Below, piece by piece: positions 51,429 to 62,254 of a DNA stretch of 64,000 nt. This stretch comes from Cyanobacteria bacterium J06626_4 (GTDB taxonomy: Bacteria > Cyanobacteriota > Cyanobacteriia > Phormidesmidales > Phormidesmidaceae): positions 128,001 to 192,000 of the forward strand of contig JBCBJQ010000001.1 in assembly GCA_038523235.1 (NCBI GenBank), given 5' to 3'. The notes under the pieces are model-generated. The model ran no database searches and was not told the DNA's origin. It saw nothing but the letters and a program-made list of their open reading frames with translations. How positions within the stretch are numbered: position 1 is the first letter of the stretch; each line of letters opens with the position of its first letter. Position numbers and translations under genes: made by a program.

Positions 51429-52478
51429 CTATTCGGAAGTTTCTGGGAGCTTGAGTGGCTGAATGGGCTGAGAGGGGTGCGATCGCTGACGAGCCGGCAA
51501 ATCGGCCCCAGGCCGCGCTGGTGGCGGCAACGACGATTTAGCTGGGCGGGTCAACCTGGGTGGCGGCGCGGCGTCGGGGCTCGCCAGTGGAGGAGCCGCC
51601 GCGACGCGTAGCTTTTGCAACTCACGACGATAATAGTCTCGTTCAGCGGCGACTTCTTGATACCGTTGCCCGAGCTTGGTTTTTTCCTCGGCGCATTCTC
51701 GCAGCACAGTTTGCAGCTCGTGGATGCAGAGGTTTTGACGGCGCAGGGTCGACTGTAAAGCACCCGCATCAAGTTCGTCATCATCAACGGCGGTCATGAC
51801 TTCAGTCGGACTGAGCAAGGCTGCCGATGAGCCCGATGCCGTTGCCGCTGCCGGTAAAGCTGGCGGTACGGCTTGAGCGCCATCAAACGTGGCTAACTCA
51901 GTAATCATCGACTGAATCGTCTTGATCATGTAGCTCAAATTCAGGTGATGGTTGCCCAAATCACCCTTGAGGCTCCCGAGATGCTGCTTGGCCAAATTCA
52001 AGTGCTGGCTCAAATGCACCGCCATGGAGCGAGCGACCCTGACCTCAGCTTCTAGGGTCAGACAATAGGCTTGCGTATCGGGTTCAGCCGTGGGACTGAC
52101 CGGTCGCTGCCGCCCCAGATACTGCAGATAGGTTTGCAGTTCGGCATGACTCTGCTGAAACTCAATACTGAGATGGTTAAAGGTTTGTTGCTGCTGGTCA
52201 ATCAGCTCATTGAGACGGTAGCCGATAACGTTTAAGAGATCGTGCTGCACATGGGCAAATTGAGCCAGCTCTTGCTTCAGATGAGCGATCGCCTGCTGCT
52301 GTACATTGGCGTACTTTTCGGTACTGGCGAGTTGCGACTCGATCCAATGCTTATCTTGGACCTGGGTTTTCAATTCGTTAAGCGAGTTTAAAGCTTGATC
52401 GAGAGCCTGTTGCAGCAAGCACACTCGCTGCACCAACTTGAATTCAAGAGAACCGCTGTGTTGCATAGCCGAATACAA
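51429..52478 (-). CDS. Hypothetical coiled-coil protein
   Basis: Long Gln/Leu heptad helices and a Pro-rich tail. Confidence 0.75.
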   Translation of the reverse strand: MYSAMQHSGSLEFKLVQRVCLLQQALDQALNSLNELKTQVQDKHWIESQLASTEKYANVQQQAIAHLKQELAQFAHVQHDLLNVIGYRLNELIDQQQQTFNHLSIEFQQSHAELQTYLQYLGRQRPVSPTAEPDTQAYCLTLEAEVRVARSMAVHLSQHLNLAKQHLGSLKGDLGNHHLNLSYMIKTIQSMITELATFDGAQAVPPALPAAATASGSSAALLSPTEVMTAVDDDELDAGALQSTLRRQNLCIHELQTVLRECAEEKTKLGQRYQEVAAERDYYRRELQKLRVAAAPPLASPDAAPPPRLTRPAKSSLPPPARPGADLPARQRSHPSQPIQPLKLPETSE

Positions 52479-52777
52479 AAGTTGGAGATTAGCCGGTGAC
52501 TCAATCGTGGGTCCTTAATGTAGCAAAGCCCCTCAGGAAATGTTGTTCACCACATCACACCCCTCACCGTTAGAGACAATTCTTCAACGTCGCTTAAGAC
52601 TCGGTTTATCTAGAATACCGAGCAATGGCTCGAAAGTAATGCGTGAACGAGAACGGCTCATGGCTCACACGTTCTGTCCTAACGGCTACCCCCGTTCTCA
52701 GCTGACAAGGCCCAACGCGCTCGAGCCCTTAACCCAATAGGGTACGATCAAGGCCGTTCTCTGCGGTGCCTGATTGA

Positions 52778-53614
52778 ATGACTTTTTCTGCCAAACCTCG
52801 CAAAAAATTTGGCCAGCATTGGCTCAAGAGTGAGCCGATTTTAGCCCAAATTGTCGCTGCGGCTGAGCTGCAGGCCAGCGATCGCGTGCTGGAAATTGGC
52901 CCTGGCACCGGCATATTGACCCAGCGGCTAGTGAAGCAGGCCCAGCACGTGGTGGCCGTTGAACTAGATTACGATCTCTGCCGTCAGTTGACGACTCAGT
53001 TTGCTAAAACCCAAAATCTGCTGCTGCTGCAAGGCGATATTTTGCAGCTTGACCTCGCTCAGCAACTCGCCTTGGCCAACGATTTGCCGATGCCGAACAA
53101 AGTCGTTGCCAACATTCCCTACTATATTACTGGGCCGATTCTGGAACGCCTGCTCGGGACGATCGCTCGCCCCCAACCTCGCCCCTTTGACAGCATCGTT
53201 CTGCTGGTACAGCGAGAAATCGCCCAGCGGCTCTGTGCTCGCCCTGGCCATAAAACCTTTGGGGGGTTGACGGTCAAAGTGCAATATCTAGCGGACTGCG
53301 AACAAATCTGTGCGGTGCCGCCCAAAGCCTTTCAGCCGCCGCCAAAAGTTGATTCGGCGGTGATTCGCCTGCGCCCGCGCCTGCTAGCCACGCCCGCCAT
53401 CGAGCCCCAGCGGCTGCAGCAGTTGCTCAAACTCGGCTTTGGCAGCAAACGCAAAATGCTGCGCAACAATTTAGCGGCTGTCATCGAGCGATCATCCCTG
53501 TTGGCGTTGTTGGCTACACTCAACATCGCGGCGAATGCCCGCGCCGAAGACCTCAGCGTTGCCGATTGGGTCGCATTGAGTAATAAGATGCTGGAGACAC
53601 CGAGAGTGTCTTAA
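52778..53614 (+). CDS. rsmA: 16S rRNA dimethyladenosine transferase
   Basis: Motifs KKFGQHWL, LEIGPGTG, VANIPYYIT and FQPPPKVDS. Confidence 0.96.
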   Translation: MTFSAKPRKKFGQHWLKSEPILAQIVAAAELQASDRVLEIGPGTGILTQRLVKQAQHVVAVELDYDLCRQLTTQFAKTQNLLLLQGDILQLDLAQQLALANDLPMPNKVVANIPYYITGPILERLLGTIARPQPRPFDSIVLLVQREIAQRLCARPGHKTFGGLTVKVQYLADCEQICAVPPKAFQPPPKVDSAVIRLRPRLLATPAIEPQRLQQLLKLGFGSKRKMLRNNLAAVIERSSLLALLATLNIAANARAEDLSVADWVALSNKMLETPRVS

Positions 53615-53682
53615 CCCTGCCCCAGATTAATGATGGTGAACTGGTGGTAGATGCGATCGCCGACCACCGGCAGTGAGGTGCC

Positions 53683-54627
53683 ATGCATTCTTATTCTTTA
53701 TTGGCTGCGGCCAAAATCAACCTATATCTAGAAGTGGTGGGCGATCGTCCCGATGGCTATCACGAGCTAGTGATGGTGATGCAAAGCATCGGCCTCGCCG
53801 ATCACCTCACCATCCGCAGTCTCAACAGTGCGGATATTCGACTGCAGTGCGATCATCCGCAAGTGCCCAGCGATGCCAGCAACTTGGCTTACCGGGCAGC
53901 GGCGCTCTTGCAAAACCGGTTTCCCCAAGCGATGAAGCAGCACGGTGGCGTCGAGATTACGATTCAAAAAAATATTCCCGTCGGGGCGGGGTTGGCAGGG
54001 GGATCGGCGGACGCCGCCGCCGTGTTGGTGGGCGTCGATATGCTGTGGCAGCTCGGGCTGACCCAAATTGAACTGCAAACCCTGGGAGCAGAACTCGGCT
54101 CTGATGTACCCTTTTGCATCTCGGGGGGCACCGCGATCGCCACCGGACGCGGCGAACAAATTGATTCGCTACAGGGCATCGAGCAGTTTTATGTGGTGTT
54201 AGCGAAGTATAGCTCCCTGACGATTTCTACCCCTTGGGCTTATCAGGCCTATCGGCGAGCCTTTGCAGCAACCTATGTCGATGTCGATACCGCAGGCCAA
54301 ACCCGCCGCGAGGCCCTCCATTCTGGCCCGATGGTGGCCGCAATTTATCATCAAGATGGGCCTGACATTGGCCATCACCTGCACAACGATTTGGAAAAAG
54401 TCGTTCTCACGCAGCACGCTCAAGTTCAGGCCCTGAAAGACGCCATGGCCGCCAGCGGCGGGCTCGGCACCCTGATGTCGGGGTCAGGCCCTACGGTCTT
54501 TACCCTGGCTGCCACCCGGACAGAGGCCGAAGCCATCGCGGCGCAGGTGCGATCGCAGCTGTCTGATCCCGACTTGGAACTTTGGGTGGCCCCCTTTGTG
54601 TCAACCAGCGTGCAGTTTAGCCCTTGA
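53683..54627 (+). CDS. ispE: 4-diphosphocytidyl-2-C-methyl-D-erythritol kinase
   Basis: Motifs AKINLYL, IPVGAGLAGGSADAA, GSDVPF and MSGSGPTVF. Confidence 0.96.
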   Translation: MHSYSLLAAAKINLYLEVVGDRPDGYHELVMVMQSIGLADHLTIRSLNSADIRLQCDHPQVPSDASNLAYRAAALLQNRFPQAMKQHGGVEITIQKNIPVGAGLAGGSADAAAVLVGVDMLWQLGLTQIELQTLGAELGSDVPFCISGGTAIATGRGEQIDSLQGIEQFYVVLAKYSSLTISTPWAYQAYRRAFAATYVDVDTAGQTRREALHSGPMVAAIYHQDGPDIGHHLHNDLEKVVLTQHAQVQALKDAMAASGGLGTLMSGSGPTVFTLAATRTEAEAIAAQVRSQLSDPDLELWVAPFVSTSVQFSP

Positions 54628-54771
54628 GCAGCGGTGCGAACCTAAAATCTCGGTTTGGGTGAGAAGGCACCGCGATTGCCCGTTAGCATTGAAATTGGGG
54701 TTATTTGCCCATCGCCAAGGGTACTGGTGAATGCCCCACTGAGCTTGTTTGTTGAGGAGTAGTGGCCCAAG

Positions 54772-55227
54772 ATGCAAATACAATTTCGTGAATGTGACTT
54801 CTTTAGCCTATGGATTTGGATTCAATTTTCCACAGTGCCCTCCACCATGGAGCAGCAATACGTCGATGAGATTCTTAATTCCTGGTTCTTTATCGGCAAA
54901 TTGGGGGGATTCAATGCGGAAAATCTGCAGGTGCAAGACACCGGCCTGGAAATCAGCTATATGAACTATGACAACACCCAGACCGACAGCACCCTGGTCT
55001 CACTGATGCACAACATGGGTGACGTTGAATATGAAGGACTCTGGGCACGCTGCTGGTTTGACCTGGGCACCTCTGACGCGATCGCGATCGATATTTTGCT
55101 CAATGCCCTCAAGCAGTTCAGTCGCGACTATGTGGCGATCGAGCAAATTATCATCGGCGGTGAAAACGAAGACTGGACCATCCCCGATCATCACCAGCCA
55201 GACTTTGTCACAGGCGAGTATAACTAA
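54772..55227 (+). CDS. DUF3531 family protein
   Basis: Motifs MQIQFRE, SWFFIGKLGGFNAENLQ and WFDLGTSD. Confidence 0.85.
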   Translation: MQIQFRECDFFSLWIWIQFSTVPSTMEQQYVDEILNSWFFIGKLGGFNAENLQVQDTGLEISYMNYDNTQTDSTLVSLMHNMGDVEYEGLWARCWFDLGTSDAIAIDILLNALKQFSRDYVAIEQIIIGGENEDWTIPDHHQPDFVTGEYN

Positions 55228-55333
55228 CGTCAGTTCGGATTAAGCAAAACCTGTTACTTTCTCCTCCTGGAAGGGGATTTGGCCCTCAAACTACCCGCAG
55301 ATCCCTTGTCAGTCTTATCCCGAGCTCAGGTTA
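55225..55333. mobile_element. Small MITE-like element bounded by TA
   Basis: TAACGTCAGTTCGGATTAAG versus reverse complement of the right end TAACCTGAGCTCGGGATAAG (15/20). Internal AAGGGGAT/ATCCCTT IR. Confidence 0.45.
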
Positions 55334-55376
55334 ATTAGGACTGCGGCGCTACTTCATGGACTTTGGTTTAAACGGC

Positions 55377-55409
55377 ATGAGGCCATCAGCAACACGCCGA
55401 TGGCCTCAT
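55377..55409. terminator. Hairpin between the convergent DUF3531 gene and prs
   Basis: ATGAGGCCATC...GATGGCCTCAT. Confidence 0.55.
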
Positions 55410-55439
55410 CTTTGAGAACTGTGAGTGTTTCGTCAACTC

Positions 55440-56432
55440 TTAACGAAACATGCTGCTGACCGAGCTTTCTTCATGGATGCGCCAAATCGCTTCGCCGAGC
55501 AGATTCGCCACAGACAATGTAGTCAACTGCTCAAATCGTCGCTCCTCGGGAACAGGGATCGTGTTAGTCACGATCACCTCTTCAAAGATGCCAGCCGAGA
55601 GACGCTCTGTCGCCGGGGGTGAAAATACAGCGTGGGTGGCACAGGCATAAACTCGTTCAGCACCCTGCCGCCGCAATAGCCGCCCCCCTTCACAAATGGT
55701 GCCGGCTGTGTCGATCATGTCATCGACTAATACTGCCGTTTTGCCCTGCACATCGCCGATCAGATTCATCACCTCCGCCACATTGTGGGCTTGGCGACGT
55801 TTATCAATAATAGCCAGTGGCGCATCGTTCAGCTTTTTGGCAAAGGCTCGCGCCCGCGCCACCCCGCCCACGTCAGGAGAAACGACGACCAGATCTTCGA
55901 TATTTTTGTCAGCAATGTAGTTGACGATGACCGGTGAGGCGTACACATGGTCGCAGGGAATATCAAAATAGCCTTGAATCTGGGCAGAGTGTAGATCCAT
56001 TGCCAGCACGCGATCGGCCCCTGCTGCCGTGATGATGTTTGCTGCGAGCTTAGCGGTAATCGATTCTCGTCCGGCTGTTTTGCGATCGGCCCGCGCATAT
56101 CCGTAATAGGGAATCACAGCGGCAATCTGACGCGCCGACGCCCGACGACAGGCATCGACCATGATTAATAGTTCCATCAAGTGGTCGTTGACTGGGTAGC
56201 AGGTGGGCTGCATCAGGTAGACGTCAGAACCGCGAATAGACTCTTGAATCTGAATGTACAGCTCGCCATCCGCAAAGCGTTTGCGAACCATTGGGCCTAA
56301 ATCGATCCCTAAATAGCGGGCCACCTCGCGGGAGAGATTAACGTTAGCCGACCCCGAAAATAATTTGAGTCGACTGTTGTCGCTCAGGGATGGCAGTGTC
56401 GTCTGAAGCGGCAACGTGGCAGAACGAATCAC
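55440..56432 (-). CDS. prs: Ribose-phosphate pyrophosphokinase
   Basis: Motifs FADGE, PYYGYARADR, VSPDVGG and VDDMIDTAGT. Confidence 0.97.
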   Translation of the reverse strand: MIRSATLPLQTTLPSLSDNSRLKLFSGSANVNLSREVARYLGIDLGPMVRKRFADGELYIQIQESIRGSDVYLMQPTCYPVNDHLMELLIMVDACRRASARQIAAVIPYYGYARADRKTAGRESITAKLAANIITAAGADRVLAMDLHSAQIQGYFDIPCDHVYASPVIVNYIADKNIEDLVVVSPDVGGVARARAFAKKLNDAPLAIIDKRRQAHNVAEVMNLIGDVQGKTAVLVDDMIDTAGTICEGGRLLRRQGAERVYACATHAVFSPPATERLSAGIFEEVIVTNTIPVPEERRFEQLTTLSVANLLGEAIWRIHEESSVSSMFR

Positions 56433-56950
56433 AGCAAGCCCCCAATTCCCAAAGCATCATGGTAATGCTAACACCCTCTTTCTCGCTTTCTAGCCCACAA
56501 TTATCTTTATATCTTGGGGCATAGATCGCTCAAAATAGCCTGATTTGAGCGCAACCCAAATGCAACCTTTCTTGAGGTTTCATTACTAAAATAATTGGTC
56601 TTGAGGGCAGGAGGTAGACACCGGCTTGGCCCCTGGCGTCGGCCTTGATGGTTGCCAAACCATTGGCGTCGCCGTTTCCAGCACGGGCTCTCAGGCGACA
56701 GAAAAGTGACGCTCAGTGCTTTGAATTCGGGCGATCGCCCCGAAGTATAGGCCTGGGCTCATCAACAACCACGCGGCTGAGAGAACATCCGGATTCCTTA
56801 ATATATAGAGGCGCTGTCGCAACAAAACTCTATCGATGTCGTAGCAGGTCTTGATGACTCACCGGGCCAGACCCAACACGACAATCGCCCTCAGGACGAG
56901 CACCGTCACGCCACTGAGGCGCGTCAATTCAATAGAGAGAGCCGAGGGGC

Positions 56951-57265
56951 TCAAAATTCCAGCAGCCACTCGGAACTCCGTTCACCCAAATCGAGAGGAA
57001 TGCTGACCGCCTTGCCCAAGCGGGGGCGATCGCGAGTATCCGCAATCACGCCCCGAATATAGTCTGCCTGGCCCCAGCCGACGAGGTAAGTCGCCACCTC
57101 GTTGAGATGTGCCAGATACTCATCCTCCGATAGCGGAAAAGAGGCTTGCTCTAAATACCGCCACATCACCTGCAGAAAAATTTGGCTCTGCAAACGGCGA
57201 AACTGCACATCAAACGAATAGCCCCACTTAGACACGATGATTTCGTGTAGTTCTAGCCCCGTCAT
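56951..57265 (-). CDS. DUF3067 family protein
   Basis: Motifs KWGYSFDVQ, LQVMWRYLEQASFPL and RPRLGKAVSIPL. Divergent from petC. Confidence 0.88.
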   Translation of the reverse strand: MTGLELHEIIVSKWGYSFDVQFRRLQSQIFLQVMWRYLEQASFPLSEDEYLAHLNEVATYLVGWGQADYIRGVIADTRDRPRLGKAVSIPLDLGERSSEWLLEF

Positions 57266-57694
57266 TGCCTTCGCCTCCCAGTGCAGCATTAATATTTTTT
57301 AACAACGTTTTGCTCAATCGATTCAGAGGCGTCTGGGGTGCCGAACAAGGCCTTCCCCGAAAACACAGAACCCATATTATATGAGGGATACAGCCTTTCG
57401 GCTAGAAGCTTTGAAGCAGGCGTCCGGTCATCCGAGGGGCATCGTTTGTCGGCGACTGAGTAACCTGACTACTGCGATCATCCGTTTCAGCTCAGCGGCC
57501 CGATCGCTTGCTACCGCTGAAATGCAATAATACTTAGCAAGAATCTGACTTTATTCTCATCTTATTCTTTCGTCAGCGTTCTCAGTTGGGGGGTGAGTCT
57601 TCTCCTCTCAGGTGAGGTATACGGTCGTCGGGTGATGGCCCTGACTCTGATGAATCATCCTGGTCTCTTACTGAACGATATTTGTCTTTAGACT

Positions 57695-58240
57695 ATGACT
57701 CAAGCTTCTGAAATGTCTTCTGATGTACCCAGCCTGGGGCGACGTCAGTTTATGAATTTGCTGACTCTCGGGGCGGCATCTGGGGCGGTTGGAGGGATGC
57801 TGTATCCCGTCATTAGCTACTTTGTACCCCCTTCCAGTGGGGGAGCCGGCGGTGGCACCATTGCCAAAGATTCTCTCGGTAACGATGTGGTCGCCAACGA
57901 ATTTTTGGCTGACAATGCCCCAGAGGCTCGGGTGCTGGCACAAGGTCTCAAAGGCGATCCGACTTATCTGGTCGTCACTGACGATGGCAACCTAGAAAAG
58001 TACGGCATCAACTCGGTTTGTACTCACCTCGGCTGTGTTGTGCCCTGGAATGCCAGTGAGAACAAGTTTATCTGTCCGTGTCATGGCTCCCAATACGACT
58101 TTGCTGGGAAGGTTGTCCGTGGCCCGGCACCGCTCTCCCTCGCACTGGCCCATGCCGATGTGACCGAAGACGGCAAGATTTCCCTGTCGCCGTGGACTGA
58201 AACTGACTTTCGCACCGATGAGTCGCCTTGGTGGGCGTAA
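57695..58240 (+). CDS. petC: Cytochrome b6f Rieske iron-sulfur subunit
   Basis: Motifs CTHLGC and CPCHGSQY, Tat motif RRQF. Confidence 0.98.
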   Translation: MTQASEMSSDVPSLGRRQFMNLLTLGAASGAVGGMLYPVISYFVPPSSGGAGGGTIAKDSLGNDVVANEFLADNAPEARVLAQGLKGDPTYLVVTDDGNLEKYGINSVCTHLGCVVPWNASENKFICPCHGSQYDFAGKVVRGPAPLSLALAHADVTEDGKISLSPWTETDFRTDESPWWA

Positions 58241-58307
58241 CTTGGGTGATGCATTCCTAGATTCGCTTGCTGTGTTGTTTTTCAAGTTTGGATACCTAAA
58301 ACTTCTG

Positions 58308-59306
58308 ATGAAGACCCCATTATTGAGCAGCCGTCTTCGCGCTGGCACCCTGTCTTGGGCACCCGTTGCTAAACGTCTGTCTGTGGCGATCGCCACTGCC
58401 TTTATTTTGCTTTCTGGCCTAGTTGTGCTGCCAGAGTCGGCTCAGGCCTATCCTTTTTGGGCTCAAGACAAGTATGAAGTGCCCCGTGAGGCCACTGGCC
58501 GCATTGTCTGCGCTAACTGCCACTTGGCCGAAAAACCGACCTATGTAGAAGTGCCGCAGTCGGTTAAGCCTGATTCGGTCTTTAAAGCGGTGGTCAAAGT
58601 GCCCTACGACCTCGACACCCAACAGGTGCTAGGCGATGGCAGCAAGGGCGGGCTGAATGTGGGCGCAGTGCTCATGCTGCCCGAAGGCTTCAAAATCGCC
58701 CCGCCGGATCGCATTTCTGAAGAGCTGAAGGAAGAGGTTGGCAACACCTACTTCCTCCCCTATTCGGAAGAGCAAGAGAACATTCTCTTGGTGGGGCCAC
58801 TACCGGGTGAGCAGTATCAGGAAATTGTGTTCCCAATTTTGTCGCCCGATCCGGCTCAAGACAAGAATGTCAATTTTGGTAAGTATGCGGTGCACGTGGG
58901 GGGCAACCGGGGCCGTGGTCAGGTGTATCCCACGGGTGCTAACAGCAACAACGCTGTGGTGAAATCGACTGTCAATGGCACGGTGACGGATATTTCAGCG
59001 GCAGATGCCGGCGGTTACGAAGTCACCGTGCAGTCTGACGCCGGCGCGGCAGAAACGATCGCGGTACCCGCTGGCCCTGAACTCATCGTGTCAGAAGGGG
59101 ATGCCGTCACAACGGGCGGCGCTTTGACTAGCGACCCCAACATGGGTGGCTTCGGTCAGGTCGATGCGGAAATCGTGCTGCAGAGCCCCGGTCGGATTAA
59201 AGGTTTGATTGCCTTTATCGCCGCGGTGATGCTGACTCAAATCATGCTGGTCTTAAAGAAGAAGCAGGTCGAGCGGGTACAAGCCGCCGAAGGCCTCAGC
59301 CTGTAA
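58308..59306 (+). CDS. petA: Apocytochrome f
   Basis: AQA|YP cleavage site, CANCH heme motif, [11 protein letters not shown] and LKKKQ. Confidence 0.98.
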   Translation: MKTPLLSSRLRAGTLSWAPVAKRLSVAIATAFILLSGLVVLPESAQAYPFWAQDKYEVPREATGRIVCANCHLAEKPTYVEVPQSVKPDSVFKAVVKVPYDLDTQQVLGDGSKGGLNVGAVLMLPEGFKIAPPDRISEELKEEVGNTYFLPYSEEQENILLVGPLPGEQYQEIVFPILSPDPAQDKNVNFGKYAVHVGGNRGRGQVYPTGANSNNAVVKSTVNGTVTDISAADAGGYEVTVQSDAGAAETIAVPAGPELIVSEGDAVTTGGALTSDPNMGGFGQVDAEIVLQSPGRIKGLIAFIAAVMLTQIMLVLKKKQVERVQAAEGLSL

Positions 59307-59351
59307 CTGACTCGCTGATGCGGTGGCTTAGCGACGCATCAATCGATTGAT

Positions 59352-59380
59352 AGAGAGGGTACCTAGAGGTGCCCTCTTTG
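59352..59380 (+). terminator. Terminator after petA
   Basis: AGAGAGGGTACC TAGA GGTGCCCTCTTT. Confidence 0.65.
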
Positions 59381-59494
59381 CGTTTGGGCGCGATCTCCCA
59401 TACCGTCGGAACGAGACCGCTTTGGCTGAGTTATTTTCAGGACTGTGCTCTAAATATCCACACAGTGAGCGGACTCCGGATAGCATCTGGGCAA

Positions 59495-62254
59495 TTAGCC
59501 CTCGCGCTCAACGACAATGACGTTTTCCGTCACCTTCTCAAAGGTGTCATCGTGGCTAATCACAAACAGCTGCTTGAAGCTGCGAATGCGGGCGATCGCC
59601 TCGGCCAAACTCTCGCGTCGAGGCCGATCCATATTGGTGGTCGGTTCATCAAAGAAGGCAATATCGATATCAGCTAGCACCTTGAGCAGCGCCAGCCGCA
59701 CCGCGAGAGCCGCACACATTTGTTCCCCTCCCGATAGGTTCACAAAGCGCCGTGTGTTTGGCCCTTCTTGCACCAGAATTTCGTAATCTCGCGTCCAGGT
59801 AAGGGCGACATTGGGACGGTTAAGCAGTTCGCGAAAGAGGCGATCGCCCTCCCGAGAAATTTGCTGCACATAGCGTTCAGTAATGCGCGGCCCGGCTTCT
59901 TTGTAAGCTTTACGGGCAAAGTTGACGAAGCGTTTGATGCGATCGCGTTGCTGACGCTCCTCAATGGCCGTATCCCGCTGTGCAGCCAGCGCCTTGAGAT
60001 CAGCGATCTGGCGCTGCAGCTCCGCCAGCAACTGCTGCTGCTGCGGCAGGCTACCCGCTAGGCGATCGCGCTCTGAGCGTACCGTCTGGTAGGTCTGCGC
60101 TACCTGTTGCGCCGTCTGCGGGTCAAAATTGCTCTGGGCTTGAGCCAACGCGGTTTGCAGCTGGGTGGCGGCAGCTTCCAGTTCAGCGATCGCTTGGCGG
60201 GCAGTCGTCAGTTCTTGAATCAGACGGGTTTCATCTTGAGCGGCGCGTTCGTATTGCAAATATTGTTGATAGCCTGCCTGGTGGATTTGTTTGGCTTGAG
60301 TTTGGGTTGCAATGTCAGTATCCAAAGTCTCAAAGGCGTGCAGCTGCTGTTCGAGGTCGTCAATCTGCTGTTGAATGCCGGCCTGCGCGGCCTGCATCTC
60401 GTCATAGCGCTTTTGCACAGTCGGCTGCTGCCGTTGCGATCGCGTCAGCACTGCGCAGCGACCTTTGGGGTCTTCGAGGGCTTGCAAGGCAGCCTGCACT
60501 GCCCTTAAGCGATCGCGGAGAGCCTTGCCCTCGTCAAGCTGTTGCTGTAGGTGTTCCAGCCGCTCCATCAAGGTGGCTTGCTCAGTCTGTAACTGGGTCA
60601 ACTGCTGCCGTCGCTCGGGCAGAACAGCGACTTGATTTTGATATTTAGCCAGCTCAGCCAAGCGTGTTTGGCAAGCCTGCAGTTGCGATCGCAATGCCTC
60701 GGCATCGGTCTGGGCTGACAGGTCATCTAAGATTTGCTGCACCGACCCCAGCATGTTCTGGTGGACTGCAACCCCGGTTTCCAAGGCTTGCTGGATGGCC
60801 GCGATTGTCGCCGACTCTGGCGGCTGGGTTGGGGACAGCTGGGCCAAAGCCTGCAGCGCCTCGGCCACTTGCGCTTGGGTGCGATCACTCGTCTCTCGCC
60901 CTTGACTGACTAGCCGCTGCAGTTCCGTCTCAAACTGCCGGGCCGCCTCCAGCCGACTGAGCTGCTGCTGCAGACGATCGCGCTGCGGGGCTAAGTCAGA
61001 CGCCGCAGCCACCGTTTGTTCCAGAGCCTGCAGGCGATCGATCTCTTGGCCGGTTTTGGTCACCTGTTGCGCCTGCCGCGTCTGCTGTTTAGCCGTGGCT
61101 TGGTGTTCGCCTCGCACTTGGGCTAGGGTCGTTTGCGCCTGCTGTAGGGCCTGGAGTTGCGCTTCTAACTCAGTCTGTTGTTGCACCTGGGGCTGTAGCT
61201 GGGCGATTTCTGCGGTGGCGGCCTCAAATCCATCGAGTTGCACTTTGAGTCGGGTGATATCCGCTGCGCGCTGATCAAGGGTCTTCCGCAGCTTTTGCTG
61301 GCTTTTTTGCCGGTTCTGGCGTTCGGTCTGCTCGCGCGCCAGGGTTTGTAGGGCAGTCTCAGCGGCTTGATAGGTCTCATAGGCAGGGCGCACCGTCACG
61401 CAAATTTTGGCCGCTTGCTGAGCTTGCTCTAAGGACTGGGTTAATAGTGCGATCGCCTGCTGCCGCCCCGCCATATCGGCTTGGGTCTGCTGCTGCTGGG
61501 TTTGCAACTGCTGAATTTGGGTGGCTTGAGCCTGCAGGGCATCGCGTTCTTGCGTCAGCTTCTGGAGCTGCTGATCAAAGGCGGCGAGCTGCCTCTCGTT
61601 GTGCGTAATTTCTGTCGCGATCGCCTGCTGTCGCGTCTGCAGTTCGTCCCAGGTGGCCAAGCGCTCCTCAAAACGCGCAATTTCTGCCGTCACCGCTTCC
61701 GCTTTCGCTTCCGCATAGCGCCGCAGGCTATTTAGCTCTTTGTAAACCGTTTTGTACTCTTCTACCTTGAGCACCTTGTCAAACACGGTTTTGCGATTCT
61801 CCGCCGTTTGCAAAAAATCGGCGGTAAAGGTGCCCTGAGGCACCCCCACGGTGCGGGCAAACAGTTCGCCTAAATCAGTGCCGGGGGCGACCCCCAAATG
61901 TTCTCGCAGCCAGGGCAACACCTCATCTTTGATACGGGTATAGGGCAAGCGCTGATTGAGCTGCGGATCAAACAGCGTGTAACCCTTGTTAGTGTGGCGC
62001 TGCACGGTGTAGGTACGGTCGTCTTGATTAGAGATGAACTCGACCGTGACTTCGGCGCTGCCGCTGCCATTGCGAATTAGATCGTCTTTGGCATAGTCGC
62101 CCAGATAGTTAAACAGCACCCAGGCGATCGCTTCCAAAATGCTGGTTTTGCCCGCCCCATTTTCGCCACAAATGGCGTTGGTACCTGGTGCAAAGGTGAA
62201 TTGGCGATCGCGGTGAGTCTTAAAGTTTTTGAGGGTGACGGAAAGAATCTGCAT
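59495..62254 (-). CDS. sbcC: SbcC/Rad50-type SMC ATPase
   Basis: LKNFK, Walker A GENGAGKT, Q-loop VPQG, long coiled coil, signature LSGGE, Walker B FFDEPT and ISHD. Confidence 0.88.
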   Translation of the reverse strand: MQILSVTLKNFKTHRDRQFTFAPGTNAICGENGAGKTSILEAIAWVLFNYLGDYAKDDLIRNGSGSAEVTVEFISNQDDRTYTVQRHTNKGYTLFDPQLNQRLPYTRIKDEVLPWLREHLGVAPGTDLGELFARTVGVPQGTFTADFLQTAENRKTVFDKVLKVEEYKTVYKELNSLRRYAEAKAEAVTAEIARFEERLATWDELQTRQQAIATEITHNERQLAAFDQQLQKLTQERDALQAQATQIQQLQTQQQQTQADMAGRQQAIALLTQSLEQAQQAAKICVTVRPAYETYQAAETALQTLAREQTERQNRQKSQQKLRKTLDQRAADITRLKVQLDGFEAATAEIAQLQPQVQQQTELEAQLQALQQAQTTLAQVRGEHQATAKQQTRQAQQVTKTGQEIDRLQALEQTVAAASDLAPQRDRLQQQLSRLEAARQFETELQRLVSQGRETSDRTQAQVAEALQALAQLSPTQPPESATIAAIQQALETGVAVHQNMLGSVQQILDDLSAQTDAEALRSQLQACQTRLAELAKYQNQVAVLPERRQQLTQLQTEQATLMERLEHLQQQLDEGKALRDRLRAVQAALQALEDPKGRCAVLTRSQRQQPTVQKRYDEMQAAQAGIQQQIDDLEQQLHAFETLDTDIATQTQAKQIHQAGYQQYLQYERAAQDETRLIQELTTARQAIAELEAAATQLQTALAQAQSNFDPQTAQQVAQTYQTVRSERDRLAGSLPQQQQLLAELQRQIADLKALAAQRDTAIEERQQRDRIKRFVNFARKAYKEAGPRITERYVQQISREGDRLFRELLNRPNVALTWTRDYEILVQEGPNTRRFVNLSGGEQMCAALAVRLALLKVLADIDIAFFDEPTTNMDRPRRESLAEAIARIRSFKQLFVISHDDTFEKVTENVIVVEREG

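Noticed and set aside
56433..57694. tRNA or known ncRNA in the long gaps around the DUF3067 gene
   Set aside because: No T-loop/cloverleaf or recognisable Rfam motif seen, only short hairpins.
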